DNA of 64,000 bases, taken from positions 14,480 through 78,479 of the forward strand of contig WHTS01000009.1 in the NCBI GenBank assembly GCA_009377585.1, given 5' to 3'. Both the position numbers and the translations under genes were made by a program. This DNA is from Betaproteobacteria bacterium. Lineage in GTDB: Bacteria; Pseudomonadota; Gammaproteobacteria; Burkholderiales; WYBJ01. The notes beneath the pieces are model-generated. The model worked only from the letters and a program-made list of their open reading frames with translations. It searched no databases and was not told where the DNA came from. Positions 39,856 to 48,811 of this stretch are shown piece by piece; the first letter of the stretch is position 1, and each line of letters begins with the position of its first letter.

Positions 39856-40686
39856 ATGCAGCCCGATCTCAAGCCGCGTGCACCGATGCGCTCGCCGGAC
39901 GTGAGCGCAGCGCATGATCCGTCCGCCGAGCGCACGATCCCGCTGCAGCAGCGACCGAGGCTCGGCGTAATCGTGCGCTCCACCCTGTTCGCCGTGCTCG
40001 TGGTGCTCATCACGCCGCCCTACGCCTTGGCATCGTGGCTGGTGCTGCCGCTACCGGCGCACATACGCTATCGCATCGTCACCTCCTGGTCGCATGTCGT
40101 CATCGCCCTCGCCCGCGCTGTGTGCGGCATCCGCTATCGAATACAGGGTCGTGTTCCCCAGGACGGGCCGTACATCGTGCTCTCGAAACATCAGTCGGCC
40201 TGGGAGACGCTCGCATTCCAGGTGCTGCTGCCGCCGCAAGTGCTGGTGTTGAAGCGGGGCTTGCTGTGGATTCCGTTTTTCGGCTGGGGGCTGGCAACGC
40301 TCTCACCGATCACGGTAAAGCGCGCGGCGCCGAGCCAGACGCTGCGCCGGTTGCTGGAGCAAGGCAAGGATCGCCTCGCCCAGGGCTTCTGGATCGTGAT
40401 CTTTCCCGAAGGAACGCGTGTTGCGCCCGGCAGCCGCACGTCGTTCCAGGCCGGAGGCGCGTGGCTCGCATGCCGTACCCGCGTCGCCGTGGTTCCGGTC
40501 GCGCACAATGCCGGGGAGTTGTGGCCCAAGAACGGCTTCATCAAGTATCCGGGGACGGTCACGGTGAGCATCGGGGAACCGATCGCATGCGAGGGCGTGA
40601 AGGCCGACGCGCTGAATCGGAACGTGGCAGACTGGATCGAACGCGAGATGGCGCGCATCACCGGTAGCGCGGCCTCGCAGCGCTGA
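39856..40686 (+). CDS. plsC: 1-acyl-sn-glycerol-3-phosphate acyltransferase
   Basis: KHQSAWET acyltransferase motif I and FPEGTR motif III. The start is ATG at 39856 or 39886. Confidence 0.85.
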   Translation: MQPDLKPRAPMRSPDVSAAHDPSAERTIPLQQRPRLGVIVRSTLFAVLVVLITPPYALASWLVLPLPAHIRYRIVTSWSHVVIALARAVCGIRYRIQGRVPQDGPYIVLSKHQSAWETLAFQVLLPPQVLVLKRGLLWIPFFGWGLATLSPITVKRAAPSQTLRRLLEQGKDRLAQGFWIVIFPEGTRVAPGSRTSFQAGGAWLACRTRVAVVPVAHNAGELWPKNGFIKYPGTVTVSIGEPIACEGVKADALNRNVADWIEREMARITGSAASQR

Positions 40687-40714
40687 CGCGGCGGGTACCG
40701 ACACGGCGCGTCGT

Positions 40715-40743
40715 TTGCGGCCACGTATTGCCTCACGTAAAAA
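40715..40743 (+). promoter_or_regulatory. Candidate sigma70 promoter for lptM-lysA (TTGCGG-17 nt-TAAAAA)
   Basis: Hexamers and spacing only. It overlaps the 15-nt motif TGCCTCACGTAAAAA (40729-40743), which is also present at 61268-61297. Confidence 0.3.
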
Positions 40744-40831
40744 CCTGAGTAAACGCTGATTCAGGCCATGGTTTCGCGGCCGAAAGCGCTGCTATAGTCA
40801 ACCCACAATCGACCGACGAAAGACCCCGCAG

Positions 40832-40987
40832 ATGCGACGCATCGTGTTGAGCCTGATCGTGGCCGCCTGCCTGTGCGGCTGCGGCTTGAAAGGCCCGCTT
40901 TACCTGCCCACGGACAAGCCGGCGCAGAAGCAGCCGGCGAAACCCGTGCCGCCCGCACCGGCGACCGAACCGGGCAGATCCTCGTGA
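40832..40987 (+). CDS. lptM: Small lipoprotein LptM (YifL family), 51 aa
   Basis: Not in the ORF track. MRRIVLSLIVAACLCGCGLKGPLYLP...: a lipobox followed by the GxKGPLYLP signature, in the conserved position just upstream of lysA. Its TGA overlaps the lysA GTG (GTGA). Confidence 0.7.
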   Translation: MRRIVLSLIVAACLCGCGLKGPLYLPTDKPAQKQPAKPVPPAPATEPGRSS

Positions 40988-42237
40988 CGCTGCTCACCGA
41001 CCGGCAAGGCGAGCACGCGGTCGAAGGCGTCGCGCTCGACACGATCGCGCAGCGATTCGGCACGCCCTGCTACGTGTACTCGAAGGCCGCGCTGGTGGAC
41101 GCGTTCGACCAGTACCGGCGCGCGTTCGGCGCTCGCGACCATCGCATCCTGTACGCGGTGAAGGCCAACTCGAATCTCGCCATCCTCAAGCTCTTCAACG
41201 ACCTGGGCAGCGGCTTCGATATCGTTTCCGGCGGCGAGCTCGCGCGCGTGCTGGCAACCGGGGCGGATCCGTCGCGGATCGTGTTCTCGGGCGTCGGCAA
41301 GAGCCGCGCCGGGATCGAGCAGGCGCTGGCCGCGCGCATCCACTGCTTCAACGTCGAGTCCGAGGCCGAGCTCGATCGCCTGTCGCAGCTCGCCGCCGGC
41401 TGCGGCTGCAGCGCCAACGTGAGCCTGCGCGTGAACCCCGACGTGGACGCGCGCACCCATCCGTACATCTCCACCGGCCTGCGGCAGGACAAGTTCGGCA
41501 TCCCGCACGAACAGGCTCTCGCGCTCTATCGCAAGGCAAGCCGGTTGCCGGGGTTGCATATCGCGGGCATCGATTGCCACATCGGCTCGCAGCTCACGAC
41601 GGCCGCCCCGTTCGCGGCCGCGCTGGAGCGGGTGCTCGCGCTCGCCGATGCGCTGCGCTCGGAAGGCATCGCCATCGAGCACCTCGACGTGGGCGGCGGG
41701 CTCGGAATCCGCTATCGACCCGAGGACGACCCGCCCAGCATCGAGCAGTATGTGCACGCGCTGACTGCACGGCTGGGAGAGCGGCGCCTGCGCATCATGG
41801 TCGAGCCGGGCCGCTCCATGGTGGGCAACGCGGGCCTCCTGCTCACCCGCGTCGAGTACCTGAAGGTAACGCCGGAGCGCTGCTTCGCGGTCGTGGATGC
41901 GGCGATGAACGATCTGATCCGCCCTGCGCTCTACGATGCCTGGCACGAGATCCGTCCGCTCAACCGCCGCAGCTCCGAGGCGGCGCGGCTGTGCCAGGTG
42001 GTCGGCCCGGTCTGCGAGAGCGGAGACTTCATCGGCCGCGATCGCATGCTCTCGGTGGAGGCGGACGATCTGATCGCCGTGCTCTCGGCCGGCGCCTACG
42101 GCATGAGCATGAGCTCGAACTACAACTCGCGCCCGCGCGCTGCCGAGGTGATCGTCGACGGCGATCGCGTCCATCTCGTTCGCGCCCGCGAGAGCATCGC
42201 CGAGCTGTACGCGCGCGAATCGTTTCTTCCCGATTGA
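40984..42237 (+). CDS. lysA: Diaminopimelate decarboxylase
   Basis: FGTPCYVYS, YAVKANSN (PLP lysine), GGGLGI, CESGD. A GTG start at 40984 is inferred. Confidence 0.9.
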   Translation: MTLLTDRQGEHAVEGVALDTIAQRFGTPCYVYSKAALVDAFDQYRRAFGARDHRILYAVKANSNLAILKLFNDLGSGFDIVSGGELARVLATGADPSRIVFSGVGKSRAGIEQALAARIHCFNVESEAELDRLSQLAAGCGCSANVSLRVNPDVDARTHPYISTGLRQDKFGIPHEQALALYRKASRLPGLHIAGIDCHIGSQLTTAAPFAAALERVLALADALRSEGIAIEHLDVGGGLGIRYRPEDDPPSIEQYVHALTARLGERRLRIMVEPGRSMVGNAGLLLTRVEYLKVTPERCFAVVDAAMNDLIRPALYDAWHEIRPLNRRSSEAARLCQVVGPVCESGDFIGRDRMLSVEADDLIAVLSAGAYGMSMSSNYNSRPRAAEVIVDGDRVHLVRARESIAELYARESFLPD

Positions 42238-42524
42238 GTGAGCGACGGCGCGCGCGTCGCATGCTCTAGCCGCGGCACGCGTGCGCATCGCATTCGCTGC
42301 GAGGCGACTGTCGCATCGATGACGCGCAGCGCGATGCGCGCGCAAAAAACTTGACGAGGCTGTTGTATTTTGATCTAAATCTGGCATAGAATGCGCTCAC
42401 CAAGCATCCATCCTCTCGTCATGAGTGGATACAACGACGAAGCGATGCATGCAAAGTCGAATGGAAAGCTTGGCGGTGCGGGTCACGAGCTCGTACTGAA
42501 CAGCAACCTCGTAAGGAGATGAGA

Positions 42525-42593
42525 ATGGCCAAGAAGCCAGCGAAGAAGGCAGCGAAGAAGCCTGCGAAGAAAGCAGCCAAGAAGAAAGTGTAA
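42525..42593 (+). CDS. 22-aa Lys/Ala-repeat micro-protein MAKKPAKKAAKKPAKKAAKKKV
   Basis: Not in the ORF track. AAGGAG lies 6 nt upstream of the ATG. It consists of five 12-nt KKxA repeat units. A terminator structure follows immediately. Coding status is unproven. Confidence 0.45.
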   Translation: MAKKPAKKAAKKPAKKAAKKKV

Positions 42594-42595
42594 AG

Positions 42596-42659
42596 AAAAG
42601 GCGGGAGCAAGACTCCCGCTAGCAGCATAAGGCGGTGAGCATTCGTGCTCCCGCCTTTT
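42596..42659. terminator. Bidirectional terminator-like structure with alternative pairings
   Basis: AAAAGGCGGGAGCA (42596-42609) is the perfect complement of TGCTCCCGCCTTTT (42646-42659). Alternatively there are two local hairpins: GCGGGAG-caaga-CTCCCGC, and GGCGGTGAGCA-ttcg-TGCTCCCGCC with a T-tract. It lies between the convergent micro-ORF and msrQ. Confidence 0.6.
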
Positions 42660-42755
42660 TTGCTTCTGGGGCCGCTCTACAACGTCACCCGCCCGTTGCG
42701 AATTCTCGCAAAGCACAGTCATCGACGACGCGCTGTGTGCCCGCTCTTGCTCTCT

Positions 42756-43409
42756 TCATGCCGCACCGCGCTTCGCTTCCCGCCCTCGAGCCGCGCCGAT
42801 CCAGTATCCCACCCGCAGCAGCAGCAATACGGCGAGCAGCAGCGCATAGATGAGCGGCTGGGTCACGTCGCGCTTCACCAGCCACCAGTAGTGAACGACC
42901 CCGGCGACGCTCACCGCGTAGACCAGCCGGTGCAGACGCTGCCAGCGCGCCGCCCCCAGGCGCCGCACCATGGCATGGGTCGAGGTGAGCGCCAGCGGCA
43001 GCATCAGCACGAAGGCGGTGAAGCCCATGGTGATGAACGGGCGCTTCACGATATCGCGCGCGATCGCGACCGGATCGAAGAACTGGTCGAGCCAGACATA
43101 AGTCGTGAGGTGCAGGCAGCCGTAGAAGAAGGCATAGAGGCCCAGCATCCGGCGCAGCCGCAGCAGCCACGCCCAGCCGAGCGCGCGGCGTAGCGGCGTC
43201 ACCGCGAGCGTGATCAGAAGGAAAACGAGCGTCCACGTGCCGGTGGAGCGGGTGATGAACTCGATCGGGTTCGCCGTCAGGCCGTCGCTCGAGCCAAGCA
43301 CCACGAGCCGCGCGAGCGGCGCCAGGCAGAGCAGGAAGACGCCCGCGCGGATGCGCCGGAACGTCACGTTTTCGATGTGGCGCAAGGACGCCGGCCGCTG
43401 GGCGATCAA
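42756..43409 (-). CDS. msrQ: Protein-methionine-sulfoxide reductase heme-binding subunit
   Basis: Multi-TM ferric-reductase-like protein with conserved His residues (LHLTTY, VHYWW). No in-frame ATG, so the start is TTG at 43409 (overlapping the msrP stop) or GTG at 43367. Confidence 0.85.
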   Translation of the reverse strand: MIAQRPASLRHIENVTFRRIRAGVFLLCLAPLARLVVLGSSDGLTANPIEFITRSTGTWTLVFLLITLAVTPLRRALGWAWLLRLRRMLGLYAFFYGCLHLTTYVWLDQFFDPVAIARDIVKRPFITMGFTAFVLMLPLALTSTHAMVRRLGAARWQRLHRLVYAVSVAGVVHYWWLVKRDVTQPLIYALLLAVLLLLRVGYWIGAARGREAKRGAA

Positions 43410-44353
43410 TAGAGCTTCTTCAGGTCCATTGCGCTGTAGAGGCTCGCGACTTGCTCGGCGTAGCCGTTGAAGGGCAAGGTCGGGCGCTTGAAGAACTCGC
43501 CGATGCGGCGCTCGCGCGCCTGGCTCCAGCGTGGATGGTCGACGTTCGGGTTCACGTTGGAGTAGAAGCCGTACTCGTGCGCGGCCGACTTTTGCCACGA
43601 GTTGACCGGCTCTTTGTCGACGAAGCGGATCTTGACGATCGACTTCGCGCTCTTGAAGCCGTACTTCCACGGCACCACCATGCGCACCGGCGCGCCGTTC
43701 TGGTTCGGCAGCACCTGCCCGTACAAGCCGAAGGTGAGCAAGGTGAGCGGATGCATCGCCTCGTCCATGCGCAGCCCCTCGACGTAGGGCCATTCCAGCA
43801 CCGGCAGGCGCTGGCCGGGCATCTGCGAGACATCGAGCAGCGTGACGAACTCGACGAACTTGGCGTTGCCGGTCGGCTCGACCTTCCTGATCAGCTCGGC
43901 CAGCGGATAGCCGACCCAGGGGATCACCATCGACCAGGCTTCGACGCAGCGCAGCCGGTAGATGCGCTCCTCCAGCGGCGCCAGTTGCAGCAACTCCTCG
44001 ATGCCGAAGGTGCGCGGCCGCTTGACCGCGCCCTCGATCGCCACCGTCCATGGGCGCGTGCGCAGGCTTTGCGATCGCTGCACCGGGGAGGTCTTGTCGG
44101 TGCCGAATTCGTAGAAGTTGATGTAGGTGCTGATCTCCTTGAAGGTATTGAGCGTCTCCTCGGTGGAGTACGCACTCTTGCGCAAACCGGCGAACTTCGC
44201 GCCCGTCTGCGCCGCCGATTCGGAGATCCAGGCCGGCAAAGCGGCCGAGGCAAGGGCGCCGGCGCAGCCGCGGATGAAGCGCCGGCGCTGCGCGTAAACG
44301 CTTTGCGGCGTGATCTCCGAGGGCCGGATAGCGTTCGGTTTCAGCACGGTCAT
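43406..44353 (-). CDS. msrP: Protein-methionine-sulfoxide reductase catalytic (molybdopterin) subunit
   Basis: Tat signal [33 protein letters not shown] and [14 protein letters not shown] are nearly identical to E. coli YedY blocks. Confidence 0.95.
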   Translation of the reverse strand: MTVLKPNAIRPSEITPQSVYAQRRRFIRGCAGALASAALPAWISESAAQTGAKFAGLRKSAYSTEETLNTFKEISTYINFYEFGTDKTSPVQRSQSLRTRPWTVAIEGAVKRPRTFGIEELLQLAPLEERIYRLRCVEAWSMVIPWVGYPLAELIRKVEPTGNAKFVEFVTLLDVSQMPGQRLPVLEWPYVEGLRMDEAMHPLTLLTFGLYGQVLPNQNGAPVRMVVPWKYGFKSAKSIVKIRFVDKEPVNSWQKSAAHEYGFYSNVNPNVDHPRWSQARERRIGEFFKRPTLPFNGYAEQVASLYSAMDLKKLY

Positions 44354-44452
44354 GGTGAGCTCCGCCGGAGGCGACGATCGAACAGGTGGGACATGTGGCC
44401 CGTGCCACGGCATCGCCGTGCCTCGGGTGCGAAGCGTGGGGTCGGCATGCGT

Positions 44453-45892
44453 CTACACCAGGAACACGGTCGCCAATCCCAGAAAGATGAAAAATCCGCT
44501 GCTGTCCGTGATCGCGGTGATCATCACGCTCGACCCGATCGCCGGATCGCGTCCCAGCTTGTGCATGGTCATCGGGATGGCAAATCCCATGACGGCGGCA
44601 AGCATCATGTTGAGCAGCATCGCACCCATCATCACCAGACCGAGCTGCCAGTTATGGTAGATCACGAAGGCGAACAAGCCCACCACGGCACCCCAGATCA
44701 AACCGTTCACCAGCGCGACCAGGAACTCCTTCACCAGCAGCGCCCGGGCGTTGTCGCTGGTCACCTGGCCCAGCGCCAATCCGCGCACGATCATCGTGAT
44801 CGTCTGGTTGCCCGAATTGCCGCCGATGCCGGCGATGATCGGCATCAGCGCCGCCAGGGCCACCAGCTTTTCGATCGAGCCTTCGAACACACCGATCACG
44901 CGCGAAGCGACGAAGGCTGTCACGAGGTTCACGGCGAGCCACGTCCAGCGGTTGCGCAGGCTCGCCCACACCGGGGCGAACAGATCCTCGTCCTCGCGCA
45001 AGCCGCCCGCCGACAGCATCTCGCTTTCGCTGCGGCTGCGGATGAAATCGACCACCGCATCGACCGTCACGCGCGCCAGCAGCTTGCCCGCGCGGTCGAC
45101 CACCGCGGCGGAGACGAGGTCGTAACGCTCGAAGGCGAGCGCGGCTTCCCGCGCATCCTGCTCCGGGCGCAGCGTCACCATGTCCTCGGTCGACATGATG
45201 TCGCCGACAAGGGTGTCCGGAGCGCTCACCAATAGTCGATTCACCGGCAGGAAACCTTTAAGGCGCTCGGCCCGATCGACGATGAACAGCTGGTCGGTGT
45301 GGTCCGGGAGCTCCTCGTGCCGGCGCAGGTAGCGCAGGACGACTTCGACCGTCACGTCGTCGCGCACGCCGATCATGTCGAAGTCCATGAGCGCGCCGAC
45401 CGACTCCTCGGGGTAGGACAGCGCCGCGCGCAGCTGCTCGCGCTCCTCCACCGACAGGGACCGGAGCACATCGTCCATGACCTCCGGCGGAAGATCCGGT
45501 GCGAGGTCGGCGATCTCGTCGGCATCGAGCTGTCCGGTCGCGGCGATCAGCTCGTCGGTCTCCATGTGCGCGATCAGCGACTCGCGCACGGCGTCGGAGA
45601 CTTCCAGCAGGATCTCGCCGTCGCGATCCTGACGGACCAGGTCCCAGGCGATCAGGCGCTGATCGAGCGGCAGCGCTTCGAGGATGTGGGCGACATCCGC
45701 CGGGTGCATCTCCTCCAGCGTCGCCTGCAACTCGGCAAGACTCTCCCCCGCCGCACGCGCGGCAGCGGCCGCCACCGGCCCTTCGTCGGACTCGCGAGCG
45801 AGCTCGTCCGCAGCCTCGTGACCGCGCAGAAGCTCGATGACCTGCTGCAGGTTCTCCTGCAGGCGCGGGCGCTTTTCCTCGACTTCGGGCAT
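44453..45892 (-). CDS. mgtE: Magnesium transporter MgtE
   Basis: 479 aa: MgtE-N domain, CBS pair, 5-TM C-terminus with GNSGNQ. Confidence 0.95.
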   Translation of the reverse strand: MPEVEEKRPRLQENLQQVIELLRGHEAADELARESDEGPVAAAAARAAGESLAELQATLEEMHPADVAHILEALPLDQRLIAWDLVRQDRDGEILLEVSDAVRESLIAHMETDELIAATGQLDADEIADLAPDLPPEVMDDVLRSLSVEEREQLRAALSYPEESVGALMDFDMIGVRDDVTVEVVLRYLRRHEELPDHTDQLFIVDRAERLKGFLPVNRLLVSAPDTLVGDIMSTEDMVTLRPEQDAREAALAFERYDLVSAAVVDRAGKLLARVTVDAVVDFIRSRSESEMLSAGGLREDEDLFAPVWASLRNRWTWLAVNLVTAFVASRVIGVFEGSIEKLVALAALMPIIAGIGGNSGNQTITMIVRGLALGQVTSDNARALLVKEFLVALVNGLIWGAVVGLFAFVIYHNWQLGLVMMGAMLLNMMLAAVMGFAIPMTMHKLGRDPAIGSSVMITAITDSSGFFIFLGLATVFLV

Positions 45893-46234
45893 GACTGACT
45901 GACTCGTTGCGCCCTGGCGCGGCCGGGATGGAACTCGGTTCGGCGCTTGCTCGTCGCGCGGACGCGAGGCGCGCCCCGTTTACCGGCGCAAGCTGCTGCG
46001 CCAGCGCGAGCCGCGAGCGATCGGGAGGGCGAAGCGACCGCCGCCGCTCGCGGATTGTAGGAGCCCCGTCGAGCCCGGGCAACAATCGACCCGGGCTTAC
46101 CATCGGTGCTCTCTTACCGCCGGCATCGATGACGCGCCAACGCGAACGAACGTTCCATCGCGGCAGCGTTGGCAGCTCGCGAGCCGCGGCAAGCGGTTGC
46201 TATATCATCCGGGCAACACGCGATCGGCTGCACG

Positions 46235-48691
46235 ATGTCCACTGTATTGTTTCGCCAGCTGCGGCAAGCCGAAAAGTGCTTGCACACCGGGGACGCGGCC
46301 GCTGCGGCTGCGTTGTGCGAGCAGGTTCTGCGCAAGGCGCCGCGCAATCCGGAGGCGCTGTACCTGCTCGGTACCGCGCAGCTTTCGCAGCATCGCGCCG
46401 CCGAGGCGATTGCAACGCTAGAGCGCGCACTGTCGGTCGATCCAGAAAGCGGCGCCGCGCTGGAGACGCTCGGCCTCGCGCATCTGCTCCTCGGCCGGTA
46501 TGCCGAGGCGGAAGCGGTACTGGCGAAAGCGGCTCGATTGGCGGGAGCGCCTGCGACGGTGTTCATGCGCCTCGGTATCGCCATGCTCGAGCAGAGTCGG
46601 CCCGGCGATGCCTTGGCCCCGTTGCGCCGCGCGGTCGCGATCGCGCCGCAGGACGCCGATGCGCGAGTGAACCTGGGTCGCGCGCTGGCCGATACGGGCG
46701 AGCGCGCGGCCGCCCGCGAATGCTTCCAGGCCGCCATGCAGCTTGCCCCGGCGAGCGCTGAAGCGGAGTTCAATCTCGGCGTCCTCGCCTTGCGAGACGA
46801 GGACTGGACGGCGGCTCGGCGATGGTTCGAGCAGGCGCTCGCCAAGTCGCCTCGATTCGTCGACGCGATGGTGAATCTGGGTATCGTTCTGCAGAAGCAA
46901 TTCGCTTTGGACGAGGCGGCCGAGCGCCTGGCGCGAGCGATCGCACTGGACCCGGCTCACGCCAACGCGATGAGCGAGCTCGCGCATACCCTCGCGTTGC
47001 AAGGCCTGAGCGAGAGAGCGCGAGCGCATTACCTCGCGGCATTGAGGATCGCGCCGGACCTGGTTGCCGCCCACGAGGGCCTGGCGTCGGTCTGTCTCGC
47101 CATGGGCCGCCTGGACGAAGCGATCGAGCACCTGCAGGCCGTGTTGCAAGTCGAGCCCGGCAATGCGAACGCACATTGCGCGCTGGCCGGCAGCCTGTTC
47201 GAGCGCGGCGATCTCGACCAAGCGCAGGCCGCTGCCCGGCGTGCGATCGAGCTGAACGGCGACATCGCCGAGGCGTACACCACGGCTGCGAACGTGGCGC
47301 TCGTGCGCAGTCGCCTGGACGAGTCGATCGGCGTGCTCGAGCGCGGTTATGCGCGCACCCGGAATAGCGATCTGTTGGGCATGCTGACTTACCTCTTGCG
47401 GCATGCGTGCGACTGGGGCCGATGGACGGCGGCGTGGGACGAAACCAAGGCGGCCATCGACCGTGGCGAGCTCGCGGGCCGGCCGTTCTGGCTTTTGTGC
47501 GAGCCGCTAGAGGCGCAGGAGCAATTCGACTACGTCACGCGCTGGGCGGCAGCGCGCTTCGGGCCGATCACGCGTCGCACTTCGGCAGCACCCGCCCCGC
47601 CACGCCGCGATCGTCTGCGCATCGGCTATCTCTCCTCGGATTTGCAGGAGCACGCCACCGCCTACCTGATCGCGGAAGTGCTCGAGCAGCACGAACGGCA
47701 GCGCTTCGAGATATTCGCCTACTCGTACGGGCCCGCCGACGCGAGCCCGATGCGAAGGCGGCTGCAGGGCGCGTGCGAGCATTTCATCGACATCGCGCGC
47801 GAGCCCGACGACGTGGCGGCGCAGCGCCTGCGCGACGATGCGCTCGACATCCTGGTCGATCTCAAGGGCTACACCGTGGGCGATCGCCTCACGATCCTGG
47901 CGCGCCGGCCGTGCAGGGTGCAACTCACCTGGTTGGGATACCCCGGCACGACCGGCGCGTCGTTCATCGATGGCGTGATCGCCGATGCTTTCGTCATACC
48001 GCCAGAGAGCGAGCGCGGCTACTCGGAGCGCGTCCTGCGTCTGCCATATTGCTATCAGCCGAACGATCGCAAGCGCGCGGTCGAGGAACCGCGATCGCGG
48101 CGCGACTATGGGTTGCCGGATGCCGGATTCGTCTTCTGCTGCTTCAATCAGACCTACAAGATCACGCCCGAAGTGTTCGCGGTCTGGATGCGGCTGCTTC
48201 GCGCCGTTCCCGGGGGCGTGCTGTGGCTGCTCGAAAGCTACCCGCAGGCAAAGCGCAATCTATCCGAGCTCGCGCAGGCCAGCGGCGTCGAAGTCGAACG
48301 CCTGGTATTCGCGCCGAAGCTGCCGAATGCCGAGCATCTGGCGCGTTACCGCGTTGCCGAGCTCGCTCTCGATACCTTTCCCTATACATCGCACACCACC
48401 TTGAGCGACGCGTTGTGGTGCGGCTGCCCTGCCGTGGGCTTGTGCGGCGAGACCTTTGCCTCGCGCGTATCCGGCAGCCTGCTTACGAGCGCCGGGTTGG
48501 CGGACCTGATCACACGCGATCTCGCCGGGTACGAGCGCCTCGCCAGGCGCTTTGCCACCGAGGCCGCGTTTGCCGAATCGGTCCGTAGCCGGGTAGCGCA
48601 GGCGCAAGATGCATCGGCGCTATTCGACTCCACCGGCTTCACCCGGGCTTTGGAGGCGCTTTACTCGAATCTGGCGAACGAACGCCCGTAG
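46235..48691 (+). CDS. TPR-repeat protein with a C-terminal GT41 (O-GlcNAc transferase/SPINDLY-like) glycosyltransferase domain
   Basis: About 10 TPR units in the N-terminal 400 aa. The C-terminus has WLGYPGTTG, FCCFNQTYKITPE and LDTFPYTSHTTLSDALWCGCPAV, characteristic of the GT41 family. Confidence 0.85.
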   Translation: MSTVLFRQLRQAEKCLHTGDAAAAAALCEQVLRKAPRNPEALYLLGTAQLSQHRAAEAIATLERALSVDPESGAALETLGLAHLLLGRYAEAEAVLAKAARLAGAPATVFMRLGIAMLEQSRPGDALAPLRRAVAIAPQDADARVNLGRALADTGERAAARECFQAAMQLAPASAEAEFNLGVLALRDEDWTAARRWFEQALAKSPRFVDAMVNLGIVLQKQFALDEAAERLARAIALDPAHANAMSELAHTLALQGLSERARAHYLAALRIAPDLVAAHEGLASVCLAMGRLDEAIEHLQAVLQVEPGNANAHCALAGSLFERGDLDQAQAAARRAIELNGDIAEAYTTAANVALVRSRLDESIGVLERGYARTRNSDLLGMLTYLLRHACDWGRWTAAWDETKAAIDRGELAGRPFWLLCEPLEAQEQFDYVTRWAAARFGPITRRTSAAPAPPRRDRLRIGYLSSDLQEHATAYLIAEVLEQHERQRFEIFAYSYGPADASPMRRRLQGACEHFIDIAREPDDVAAQRLRDDALDILVDLKGYTVGDRLTILARRPCRVQLTWLGYPGTTGASFIDGVIADAFVIPPESERGYSERVLRLPYCYQPNDRKRAVEEPRSRRDYGLPDAGFVFCCFNQTYKITPEVFAVWMRLLRAVPGGVLWLLESYPQAKRNLSELAQASGVEVERLVFAPKLPNAEHLARYRVAELALDTFPYTSHTTLSDALWCGCPAVGLCGETFASRVSGSLLTSAGLADLITRDLAGYERLARRFATEAAFAESVRSRVAQAQDASALFDSTGFTRALEALYSNLANERP

Positions 48692-48760
48692 GGGGCCAAC
48701 GCTACGCGTGCGCAGGGATGCACGGCAGACCGATCGAGGCCCGATGGCCCGGACGCGCGG

Positions 48761-48784
48761 AAAAACGGGCGCTCGCTGGCGCCC
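48761..48784 (-). terminator. Rho-independent terminator after porin 1 (GGGCGC-cagcga-GCGCCC + TTTTT on the minus strand)
   Basis: Read directly. Stem plus U-tract, ~30 nt downstream of the porin stop. Confidence 0.65.
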
Positions 48785-48811
48785 GTCCAAACGAATGCAG
48801 TTCGGCTTCGG

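Noticed and set aside
42419-42628. 69-aa Phe-rich hydrophobic ORF antisense to the KKxA micro-ORF
   Set aside because: Its hydrophobic helix is simply the complement of the AAG/GCN repeats. It has no SD and its 5' end lies inside the terminator hairpins. The plus-strand reading has a canonical SD.
45893-46234. Mg2+ riboswitch (M-box) or another leader upstream of mgtE
   Set aside because: I see only an 8-bp hairpin (46072-46097) and no recognisable M-box core. A covariance-model scan (Rfam) would be needed; nothing supports the call by eye.
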